Source of the DNA: Bacteroidales bacterium
GTDB lineage: Bacteria; Bacteroidota; Bacteroidia; Bacteroidales; BM520
Direction of reading: 5' to 3'
Assembly (NCBI GenBank): GCA_031276035.1
Contig: JAISNV010000044.1
Location: forward strand, 76,393-140,392
Length of the DNA stretch: 64,000 nt
Positions within the stretch are counted from its first letter, which is position 1; each line of letters starts with the position of its first letter. Below the pieces are notes generated by a model that saw nothing but the letters and a program-made list of their open reading frames with translations, was not told the origin of the DNA and did not search any database. The position numbers and the translations under genes are program-made. This document shows, one piece after another, positions 18,446 through 27,300 of the stretch.

Positions 18446-21400
18446 TTATTTTATGATACTACCTAACCTATCTATTTTTAACTTGATACAATGTTGTTTT
18501 ATCATTAAGCCATCCCAACTTCTTTCGGATTTATTATTTGCACCTAATTCTCTTGTTTGAACAATCGGAGCAGAAATATAATTTGGCATGAAGAAACACT
18601 GATTCCCTGAAGAAGAAACCATTTTATAAATCCTCTCCGATCTAATATTTACATTATCAACTCCACTTTCTAACTCTTCTTCCGTCGGGACATACACCAA
18701 ATCGTTCGGAGATAAAGAAAACAGCAAGTATAATTCTTTTTCTTCACCTTTCTCCATAACGATTTTCTTTTCGGGAACTTCTTTTAATCCTTGTTTCAAT
18801 CGTTCTACAGCTATATTCAAAGGAATGGTTTCGTAACTTCTACTCCCCTCCTTATCTGTATAAATTGCGAAGAACAAATTTGTTCCTTTGGCCGCTTCTA
18901 CATATTTATTTCCCTTATTACCCGAATTCCCGACATTAAATTTATTCCCCTTCGGTTCGAAGGTACGGACTTTCAGAATCGGTTGGTGTTTTCTGCCATC
19001 GTTTAGTTCTTCAATGTTTTTGTTCATTTCTTCGATTCCTTCGGGTGAGAAAGCTAAATCGGGACGTTCGGTTATTTTTCCATCTTTTTCTTCATTATAT
19101 TTTTCTAAATGACAAAGTAAAATTTTCTGAATGCCCGTGTCGGTAATGCTTTCTATTTTCTTCGAATTAAATGACGGATCTATACTTGTGCGTGAAGCAA
19201 CCAATACATCTTTATCGTTGCTGAAATAATAAATATCGGGTTTCGACACATCTTTTCCCTGCCATTTGTTTTCTTGCTCTGCAAAGAATTTCCGAATCTT
19301 CTTTTTATCGAATCCTTCGTTTATCAACTGTTTAATTTTCGTTTTCAGGTTTTTGTCCACAATGTTTTCCCATTCGTCAATAGCGATCGAAATGGCTACT
19401 TGCTTCTTGAAACGAAGATTAACAATTCCTGCAACCGTATCTTTATGTAGCGGTTTCCGAATAGCCCAATTATCACCTTTTATTTGTTTGCGTTTCACTT
19501 TTGTCGGATTCCCACTCTTATAAGTTTGTAAAATGCTATTTTCGTCTTTGTATGACTGAATATAATTAATGCTTTTGTTGATAACACGCAGATTTTGTTT
19601 GAAACTGATGATGATATTTTCCAAAGCCGTTTGGGTATCTTGTGTAAAGCTTTCCCAAGGTTTATGAAACTGCCATTTGTAATTGCCATTTTCATCGGGT
19701 TTGGTCTTGAAACATAATTTTTGCCTCAAATCGTAGCGAGATATTTTAGCATTTTTACTTGCAGACTCATTGTTCAAATAATTCACATGATTGCGTGTTG
19801 TGCAGGCAATAATCAACGCATCGAGTGCATGGTGGCGGTGGTCGATACGTTTTTTATTAAAACCTTTTTGCAATTCCAGTGGCATTTCTATCTGAAAAAC
19901 CCGTTTCCCATCTTTATCGGTCCATTCACCGAAATGATTGCTGTCGGTCAATTCGTTCAATCGCTCGAAACGCGGTGTGATAATTCGATTCCAAACATCG
20001 TTCAATCCCCAATCTTGTTTTAACATTGAAGTAATTCCGCCGGTGCAGGAAATTACATTTTTAGAAGTCGCTTCTTGCTCATTTTCTTCGCGAACCATAT
20101 TCGACAATAATCCTTTTACCATTTTGCTGATATAACGACTGTCGTTCAATTGGCGTTCGATAAAACCTTCTGGAATATCTTCCATCAAAAGTTTATTCAT
20201 TTTACTTCGGATTTTTCGATAGTTGTCTTTCACAAATTTTTCGTATTCTTCAATAGAAAAAACCCTTACTGTTTTTCCGAAGTTAAGTTCAACTTTTTCA
20301 CCCGAATGATTTTTAATAAATTCATAACCAAGTTGATTATCTTTTAATTTGTTTACTTCTGATTCGCAAATTACTTTATTGCTGAAAGAATCATCAAAAT
20401 AGCGTGATTGCGGAATAACATGCTCAATTTCATATGCCGAAGTAAACAGTTTTCCCAAAGGAATAATTTCGCCCGTATATGGAGAACGGTATTTTTGTTC
20501 CAACCATAATTTGTAGCGAATCAATTCAGGTTTTGTCGGTTGCGCCAGTTTGGAAATTTTAAGAATATCATCATCAATCGTATCTACCGAACTTAAAACA
20601 CCTTCTTCGTAAATACGCAGTATTTCCTGTTGACTCGGCGAATATGGACGAACATTTTCTACTTTATCATCGTTTTTTAACTCCATCAACAAGGCTTTAA
20701 TCCGAAGATTTGTATTTTCGTTGTCGGTAACTTGTTGAGTAATTCTGGCTCGTTTTTCGGCAGGATTTTTCATTTCCCGGCCTAATTCAAGATGGATTTC
20801 GGATACATCGCCGTACTTTTTCCATATGTCCCGAACCACACGAAGCGTTTCGGTAATAACTTGTTCTACAACAGGATTTCTAAGCGAATGTTGTTTGAAT
20901 TCCGTCAAATATTCGTCGATGTCCTGTGGAGTTTTCCAAATTGTAATATCACTCAATTCGGAATGGCTACCATAAACTGAGTAACAAGCCTGATAAGTAT
21001 TCAACCCCGAATAGAAATTCTTGTTTTCACCCGACAATTTGGCAAAACTTTTCAAAACCTGTTTCGGAATTTCATCGTCAGTTACGTCTTCTATCTTAAT
21101 ATCATTGTTTTTTAGATATTCTAATCGTTCAATGGTGGAATTAATCCGTCCTATGGCTTCGGCACAAATATCATCCTGATTCCAGTATTTTCCCATTCGC
21201 ATCAAAGGCAACAATTTTTTAATTGCTTTTTCTGAATAGGAACCGTAATCCTTTTTGAATGGCGGGAATTTCGAGAATTGTTCAACAAAAGAATTTGCAA
21301 ACTGGTGTTTTTGAGCGAACTTTTTCAACGCTTTTTCAATTTCGGTCTTATCTTCCACCGAAAATAATATATGCCAAAGTGCATGTTCGTTTTCTTTGGT

Positions 21401-23050
21401 AAGAAATTCCTTATCAATATTGGTTTTCGACAAGCGCGTTAGTATTTGCCCACGTGTTTCGTTGCAAGGATATTCTTTGTCCTCCACGTAATTCCATCGA
21501 TAGGGTAATTTGTCTTCGCCTTTTTTCTTTTTTATCTTGAAATAAGAATTCAATAATGTGTCCTGTTTGATTTCTTTTCGGCCGTTCAGCCAATCGAAAA
21601 GTTGTACACGTTCTTCGGTTGACGGCAGAAATTCTGATGTAACATCAACATCGGTTTGCAGCTTTCCGTCAACTTCACTTTCTCGTTCATAAATTCTCAG
21701 ATTGTGAATAAATTGCCACAATCGAAATTCCTGAAATAGCGGATTGGATTTGGCAATACATTTTACCGGTGCTTTTTCATAAACTCCGTTTTCATTTCTA
21801 AAAGTTCGAAACTCATACGGACAATTGCTAATAAGGGTCTTTTTACTTTTTAAAGGACGTTGATAAAAAATTATGTCATCAATAAATAGTTTGGTAAAAT
21901 CGGCGTGCTGCAGAAGTGTGTTTTTGTGCGCATCGTTATAAGAATAAAGTTCATCGGCACATTGTTTAAATAGTGTTTTATCCTGCAACTCCGAATGAAA
22001 CTCTTTTTGCTTTTCAAGGATTTGGAGTAATTCTTCTTTGTAAAATTTGCGTTCGATGGTACGAACCAATTTTCCCCTGATTTTTTGACCGGGATTGGTT
22101 AATAATGTTTCATAGATGTAAGTTCCGACGGTTTTTTTACTTTTATCAATATCTGCTTCTGTTTTCTTTTTCAGCAAATTCCAGTCATTTTCTGAAGGAG
22201 CTCGAAACGAACGTTTTTCAACGCCTTCATTATCCACTTTTACAGTTCCGTCATCATTAAGGTCGGTGGTTACAATAAACTCTTTTTCTTTACCAATCCA
22301 GTCAAATAAGGAATTTTTGCTTGAACGGCGATAAACCCAACCGTTTTCAAGAACCACATTGTACCAAATATCTGGTTTCCCTTTTTGTGGTTCATCGGCT
22401 GTTACGTTTATAACTTTTAACGCGTAATATTCGACCAATTTATTCGGATTTTCATCTTCTTCTTCGCCACGTAACTGATAATATCCACGTTTTTGATTGA
22501 AGTTGAGAAGTATCCACGCCAATTCCTCTTTATCTATTTTTTGTTGAAGCGCTTTTTTACGTAAATAATAAATTGTCCAATCGTATGGGATTTTCTTATT
22601 ATCTGATAATAATTGCGGTTGAAATTTTTCAAAATCATTCAACATTTCGTTGAATGAGCTATGAAAGATAAATTTAAACTCTCCTTTTTCATTTTCTTTC
22701 CATGCTAATTTTGGTTCTGTGTCGGTTTGAAATTTTCCAAAACGTTTTTCAAAATCAATATAATCTTCATAATGTTTTGGAAGAAAACTCATAATATGAA
22801 GTACTCGGTGCAAGCGTTCGCGTCTCAGTAAGTGGCGCTCACGAAGCCTTCTGGCTCCTCGAAAGCCAGTACGTTCTGCTGTCTGTGAAATAGAATTTCC
22901 TTTATCAAAATTTCCTATAATATCCTGACTCATCGGAATAATCCGACTTCCCATACCGTCTATTTTATATGTGTTTCCTTCTTCATCAGTTGAAATAATA
23001 GCCCATCCAATGCTATTGGTGCCTAAGTCCAGTCCTAATATTTTTTTCAT
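18446..23050 (-). CDS. cas9: Cas9 (type II-C, very large 1534-aa variant)
   Basis: RuvC-I ILGLDLGTNSIGWAI, Arg-rich bridge helix RGARRLRERHLLRRERL, RuvC-II IHLELGRE, HNH YEIEHVIPQSRYFDDSFSNKVICESEVNKLKDNQ, RuvC-III DHRHHALDALIIA. Confidence 0.97.
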   Translation of the reverse strand: MKKILGLDLGTNSIGWAIISTDEEGNTYKIDGMGSRIIPMSQDIIGNFDKGNSISQTAERTGFRGARRLRERHLLRRERLHRVLHIMSFLPKHYEDYIDFEKRFGKFQTDTEPKLAWKENEKGEFKFIFHSSFNEMLNDFEKFQPQLLSDNKKIPYDWTIYYLRKKALQQKIDKEELAWILLNFNQKRGYYQLRGEEEDENPNKLVEYYALKVINVTADEPQKGKPDIWYNVVLENGWVYRRSSKNSLFDWIGKEKEFIVTTDLNDDGTVKVDNEGVEKRSFRAPSENDWNLLKKKTEADIDKSKKTVGTYIYETLLTNPGQKIRGKLVRTIERKFYKEELLQILEKQKEFHSELQDKTLFKQCADELYSYNDAHKNTLLQHADFTKLFIDDIIFYQRPLKSKKTLISNCPYEFRTFRNENGVYEKAPVKCIAKSNPLFQEFRLWQFIHNLRIYERESEVDGKLQTDVDVTSEFLPSTEERVQLFDWLNGRKEIKQDTLLNSYFKIKKKKGEDKLPYRWNYVEDKEYPCNETRGQILTRLSKTNIDKEFLTKENEHALWHILFSVEDKTEIEKALKKFAQKHQFANSFVEQFSKFPPFKKDYGSYSEKAIKKLLPLMRMGKYWNQDDICAEAIGRINSTIERLEYLKNNDIKIEDVTDDEIPKQVLKSFAKLSGENKNFYSGLNTYQACYSVYGSHSELSDITIWKTPQDIDEYLTEFKQHSLRNPVVEQVITETLRVVRDIWKKYGDVSEIHLELGREMKNPAEKRARITQQVTDNENTNLRIKALLMELKNDDKVENVRPYSPSQQEILRIYEEGVLSSVDTIDDDILKISKLAQPTKPELIRYKLWLEQKYRSPYTGEIIPLGKLFTSAYEIEHVIPQSRYFDDSFSNKVICESEVNKLKDNQLGYEFIKNHSGEKVELNFGKTVRVFSIEEYEKFVKDNYRKIRSKMNKLLMEDIPEGFIERQLNDSRYISKMVKGLLSNMVREENEQEATSKNVISCTGGITSMLKQDWGLNDVWNRIITPRFERLNELTDSNHFGEWTDKDGKRVFQIEMPLELQKGFNKKRIDHRHHALDALIIACTTRNHVNYLNNESASKNAKISRYDLRQKLCFKTKPDENGNYKWQFHKPWESFTQDTQTALENIIISFKQNLRVINKSINYIQSYKDENSILQTYKSGNPTKVKRKQIKGDNWAIRKPLHKDTVAGIVNLRFKKQVAISIAIDEWENIVDKNLKTKIKQLINEGFDKKKIRKFFAEQENKWQGKDVSKPDIYYFSNDKDVLVASRTSIDPSFNSKKIESITDTGIQKILLCHLEKYNEEKDGKITERPDLAFSPEGIEEMNKNIEELNDGRKHQPILKVRTFEPKGNKFNVGNSGNKGNKYVEAAKGTNLFFAIYTDKEGSRSYETIPLNIAVERLKQGLKEVPEKKIVMEKGEEKELYLLFSLSPNDLVYVPTEEELESGVDNVNIRSERIYKMVSSSGNQCFFMPNYISAPIVQTRELGANNKSERSWDGLMIKQHCIKLKIDRLGSIIK

Positions 23051-23158
23051 TATATAATTTATTAATAATATATATAAATTTATCTCTAAATTTAAGATGT
23101 ATAATTCAAGTTATTCTCCAAAATTTTTAATTCACCTAACGTTCAATAAAATTTCCTT

Positions 23159-23166
23159 CAAAAGTA
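23159..23166 (-). promoter_or_regulatory. Candidate -7 box TACTTTTG for cas9
   Basis: Plus strand reads CAAAAGTA, about 100 nt upstream of the cas9 ATG and back-to-back with the tracrRNA promoter. Confidence 0.35.
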
Positions 23167-23206
23167 TAAATTTTTTATAAATATTAATAGAATCTTAAAA
23201 AAATGT

Positions 23207-23214
23207 TATTTTTG
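23207..23214 (+). promoter_or_regulatory. -7 promoter box TATTTTTG for tracrRNA (and possibly gltX)
   Basis: The box ends 6 nt before the first anti-repeat base. Confidence 0.55.
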
Positions 23215-23220
23215 CATCAT

Positions 23221-23305
23221 CAAATTTTGAAGCAAATCACAATAAGGATTATTCCGTTGTGAAAACATTTGGGTTACCTCTTGTCCATAATCAGGAGGTT
23301 TTTTT
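23221..23305 (+). ncRNA. tracrRNA
   Basis: CAAATTTTGAAGCAAATCACAA complements repeat positions 1-24, with a 1-nt bulge. It is followed by the nexus-like TAAGGATTATTCCGTTG (compare Spy UAAGGCUAGUCCGUU), then the hairpin ACCTC...GAGGT and T7. Confidence 0.85.
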
Positions 23306-23324
23306 ATATCAAAACCAAACTACC

Positions 23325-24857
23325 ATGTCAAACCAACCTATCAGAGTGCGTTTTGCACCGAGTCCAACAGGTCCGTTACATATCGGCGGCGTAAGAACGG
23401 CATTGTATAATTATCTCTTCGCAAAGAAGAATAATGGAAAATTCTTGCTTAGGATAGAAGATACCGACCAAACCAGATTTGTTCCCGGAGCACAGGAATA
23501 TATTATTGAAGCTCTAAACTGGTGCGGAGTTAAACCTGATGAAGGTGTTGGGGTAGGCGGTGAGTATGGCCCTTATATTCAGTCGGAAAGAAAAGAAATT
23601 TATCGAACTTATGTTGATGAATTAATTGAAAAGGGTAAAGCATACATTGCTTTTGATAAGGCTGAAGAATTGGAGGAAATTAGGGAGAAATTGCAAAAAG
23701 AAAATAATGAAACTTTCCTCTATGGCAGTAAATATAGAATGGAAATGAAAAATTCCTTGAGCATACCTAATAATGTTGTGGAAAAATGGCTGAAGGAAGA
23801 AAAACCTTATGTTGTAAGATTCTTAATGCCTGAGAATGAGGATTTGGTAATTCATGATTTGATTCGTGGGGAAGTTAAGGTTAATACCTCGACTCTTGAT
23901 GATAAAGTGCTTTTTAAATCCGACGGGATGCCTACTTATCATTTGGCTAATATTGTTGATGATCATCTAATGAGAATCAGTCATGTTATTCGTGGCGAAG
24001 AATGGTTACCCTCTTTACCGCTTCACATGATGCTTTACAGGGCTTTCGAATGGACTGCTCCACTGTTTGCCCATCTTCCTCTGCTTCTGAAACCCGATGG
24101 CAATGGTAAGCTTAGCAAGAGAGACGGTGATAGACTGGGATTTCCGGTGTTTCCACTTCGTTGGCCTCTGAATCCTGCAGAAGAAGAAATTGCTTCCGGC
24201 TACAGAGAAAGCGGTTACTATCCTGATGCTTTTGTTAATATGCTTGCACTTTTAGGTTGGAATCCCGGTACCGAGCAAGAAATTTTCTCTATACCGGAAC
24301 TCGTCGATACTTTCTCTTTGGATAGGGTGAGTAAGTCGGGAGCAAAATTCAATCCGGATAAAGCGAAATGGTTTAATCATCAATATCTTATCAATAAAAC
24401 GGATGAAGAATTAGCGAAAGAAATTATACCTTATCTTCATGGTTTTGAAAATAAATTTGATAAAGCAACTTTAATAAAAATTTGTTCACTTGTAAAAGAG
24501 CGCTTAAGTTTTGTTAAGGATATTTGGGAACAGGTTTCTTTCTTTTTTGAAACACCCACTGAATACGATGAAAAAATTATTCAGAAACGATGGAAGAATA
24601 ATACAGGTACTGAGTTATTAGATTTGATACCGATATTAGATGAAATTGATAATTTTTCTGCCGAAGAATGCGAAAATAAAGTGAAAGAGTGGATTACCAA
24701 CAATGAAATTAATCCGGGAAATATGTTTAATGTTCTGAGATTATGTTTAGTCGGTGCGGGAAAAGGTCCGGGCGTATTTGATATTATGGCAATTATCGGT
24801 AAAAAAGAAACAATAGCCAGAATAAACACAGCAATAAACTCAATTGTTATCGAATAA
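23325..24857 (+). CDS. gltX: Glutamate--tRNA ligase
   Basis: MSNQPIRVRFAPSPTGPLHIGGVRTALYNY is the HIGH region, and KLSKR is the KMSKS-type motif. The track's GTG start at 23259 would run through the tracrRNA. Confidence 0.93.
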   Translation: MSNQPIRVRFAPSPTGPLHIGGVRTALYNYLFAKKNNGKFLLRIEDTDQTRFVPGAQEYIIEALNWCGVKPDEGVGVGGEYGPYIQSERKEIYRTYVDELIEKGKAYIAFDKAEELEEIREKLQKENNETFLYGSKYRMEMKNSLSIPNNVVEKWLKEEKPYVVRFLMPENEDLVIHDLIRGEVKVNTSTLDDKVLFKSDGMPTYHLANIVDDHLMRISHVIRGEEWLPSLPLHMMLYRAFEWTAPLFAHLPLLLKPDGNGKLSKRDGDRLGFPVFPLRWPLNPAEEEIASGYRESGYYPDAFVNMLALLGWNPGTEQEIFSIPELVDTFSLDRVSKSGAKFNPDKAKWFNHQYLINKTDEELAKEIIPYLHGFENKFDKATLIKICSLVKERLSFVKDIWEQVSFFFETPTEYDEKIIQKRWKNNTGTELLDLIPILDEIDNFSAEECENKVKEWITNNEINPGNMFNVLRLCLVGAGKGPGVFDIMAIIGKKETIARINTAINSIVIE

Positions 24858-24945
24858 TAATCCGAATGTCACTTATTAATTCACAGTATTGAATTTTAAG
24901 TAGTTACATTTATAACCCAAATCTCATAACTCATATATAGATAAA

Positions 24946-27201
24946 TCATTTTCTATTCACTCTTACAACAGATCTGATACCGTCTATGTGTTTTAACTCT
25001 TGAATAAGAAGTTGTAGAGCCTCTGTATCACTAACATAAAGTGTTATTTTTCCTTCAAAAATACCATCCGAAGCTTTAATACTTAAGGTTCTTATGTTGA
25101 AATTAAAATTGTTTCCGATAATTGTTGAAATTTCGGCCATAAGTCCTTTTCGGTCAATTCCTTTAAGTTCTAACCGTGTTAAAAATCCGACTGATGCATC
25201 TTCTTTTCTCCATTTTGCTTTTATAATACGGTTTCCGAATTGTGCCATAAGTTTAATTGCTTTCGGACAGTTGGTACGGTGAATTGTAATTTCACGATTA
25301 GGGCCAACTAAGGCGAGAACGTTATCACCCGGAATAGGATTGCAGGTTTTACATAAAGTGTAATTCAGATTAGTGGTTTCATTATTAAGTAAAAGCGGAG
25401 TGGGATCGGCGTCTATTTGATCCTTGATTATTTCATCAATGTTTTTTCCTGATGATTTTGTTTTAATTAAAAACGGGAACCATTTGTTTTTTTCTTGAGG
25501 CTTAATAAGTTGCTTAATATCTTCGAAACTTAAAATATCCATTGCCGTGTCATAAAACAAATCTGCTAATGAATGTCTTTTGCTTTTTAATAGAACATCG
25601 TTGAATGCGACGTCGTTAGGTTCAATATTTAATTGTTTGAGCCATCCGGATAGCTTTGATTTCCCTTCTTCAAATTTTTCTTTTTTTATTGCATTAACAC
25701 TCATTCTTATTCTTGCTTTTGCCCTTTGTGTAATTACCAGGTCAAGCCAAGATTCTTTCGGATATTGTTTCTTTGAATTAAGAATTTCTATTTGGTCGCC
25801 GTTTTTTAGGATTTCACCAATTGATGCTAATTTACTATTGATTTTTGCTCCTATGCAATGATTTCCGATATCGGTATGAATTGCATAAGCAAAATCAAGT
25901 ACACTTGCACCTTTAGGCAATGTTCTCAAATGTCCTTTGGGAGTGAAAACAAAAATTTCATCATTAAATAAGTTGGGTTTAAAATCATCAATAAAACCGA
26001 CAGCATCATCGTCGTCGGATTCAAGCTTATGATTCTCAATCAAAATTTTCATCTGATTTATCCATTGATCTAAGCGGCTATCAACATTATAATTGCTATC
26101 AACTTTGTTTTTATATTTCCAATGAGCGGCTAAACCGTTTTCAGCAATTTCGTTCATTCTTTTAGAACGTATCTGTACTTCAACCCACTGACCGGTATTA
26201 CTCATAACGGTGGCATGCAAAGATTCATAACCGTTTGCCTTAGGAGTGGAAATCCAATCACGCAAGCGGTCTTGTTTGGGATTATAATAATTTGTAACAA
26301 TCGAATAAACTTTCCAGCAATCAAATTTTTCCAGAGAACGGGGAGAATCTATTACAATTCTTATTGCAAAAAGGTCATCAATATCATCAAAATCAACTTT
26401 TTTGTCGGTCATCTTTTTCCAAATGGAATATACCGATTTAAACCTTGCATATATTTCAAATTTCATTCCAAGATCAGCAATATCATGCTTTATCGGATAA
26501 ATAAATTTATTTATAAATCTTAGATAGTCTTTTTGCTTTTCATGAATTTTATCCTCAATCATTTTATATACTTCCGGTTCAAGATATTTGAGAGACAAAT
26601 CTTCAAGTTCGCTTTTGATATTATAATAACCCAGCCTGTGTGCCAAAGATGCGTAAATATATTCTGTTTCGGAAGCAATTTTAATTTGTTTCTCACGCGG
26701 CATAAATTCTAAGGTACGCATATTGTGAAGCCTATCGGCAAGTTTTATCAAAATTACCCTGATGTCATAAGCAAATGAAAGTAAAACTTTTCTGAAAGTT
26801 TCGGATTGCGGCGACATGTTTTCATTAATAGAAGAAACTTCGTCAATCTTAGTTAGTCCGTCAATAATCTTTGCAACTTTTTCTCCGAATTCATTTTGTA
26901 TATAGTCTAAAGTATATTCCTCATGATCTTCTACTACGTCATGAAGCAATGCGCAAACAATTGATGTTTTGCCGAGGCAAAGTTCTTTCGCCGTTATTTC
27001 GGCAACCGCAATCGGGTGATAAATATATGGTTCACCGCTTTTTCTTCTATCTTTACTATGAGCCTTTACGGCTAAATCAAAAGCTTTTCTAATTAAGGCA
27101 ACATCGGCTTTGTTTCTCTTTTGCGGCTTCCATGCCTTCAAAATTCGCTTATATCCATTTTCTATTTCAATGGCTTCTTTTTCAAGATCAATAACATACA
27201 T
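24946..27201 (-). CDS. RelA/SpoT-family bifunctional (p)ppGpp synthetase/hydrolase
   Basis: 751 aa. HD domain (HPIAVAEI...LLHDVVED), synthetase domain (RFKSVYSIWKKM, YESLHATV), then TGS and ACT-like C-terminal domains. Confidence 0.9.
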   Translation of the reverse strand: MYVIDLEKEAIEIENGYKRILKAWKPQKRNKADVALIRKAFDLAVKAHSKDRRKSGEPYIYHPIAVAEITAKELCLGKTSIVCALLHDVVEDHEEYTLDYIQNEFGEKVAKIIDGLTKIDEVSSINENMSPQSETFRKVLLSFAYDIRVILIKLADRLHNMRTLEFMPREKQIKIASETEYIYASLAHRLGYYNIKSELEDLSLKYLEPEVYKMIEDKIHEKQKDYLRFINKFIYPIKHDIADLGMKFEIYARFKSVYSIWKKMTDKKVDFDDIDDLFAIRIVIDSPRSLEKFDCWKVYSIVTNYYNPKQDRLRDWISTPKANGYESLHATVMSNTGQWVEVQIRSKRMNEIAENGLAAHWKYKNKVDSNYNVDSRLDQWINQMKILIENHKLESDDDDAVGFIDDFKPNLFNDEIFVFTPKGHLRTLPKGASVLDFAYAIHTDIGNHCIGAKINSKLASIGEILKNGDQIEILNSKKQYPKESWLDLVITQRAKARIRMSVNAIKKEKFEEGKSKLSGWLKQLNIEPNDVAFNDVLLKSKRHSLADLFYDTAMDILSFEDIKQLIKPQEKNKWFPFLIKTKSSGKNIDEIIKDQIDADPTPLLLNNETTNLNYTLCKTCNPIPGDNVLALVGPNREITIHRTNCPKAIKLMAQFGNRIIKAKWRKEDASVGFLTRLELKGIDRKGLMAEISTIIGNNFNFNIRTLSIKASDGIFEGKITLYVSDTEALQLLIQELKHIDGIRSVVRVNRK

Positions 27202-27300
27202 ATTCGCAAGATTAATTTTAGACTATTTTGCAAAATTAAAAAATAATATTCATTGCTTTTTTAAATTCTTAGATTAATTTTGTAGTCAAATTTGTTTTCG

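Noticed and set aside
18791-20980. Many 62-100-aa plus-strand ORFs inside cas9.
   Set aside because: They are antisense to a well-supported 1534-aa CDS and are typical spurious ORFs. The same applies to antisense ORFs inside relA/spoT, fusA, secY, map and other genes.
23259-23324. GTG-initiated N-terminal extension of gltX (MKTFGLPLVHNQEVFLYQNQTT).
   Set aside because: It runs through the tracrRNA nexus and terminator. The canonical GltX N-terminus begins at the ATG at 23325.
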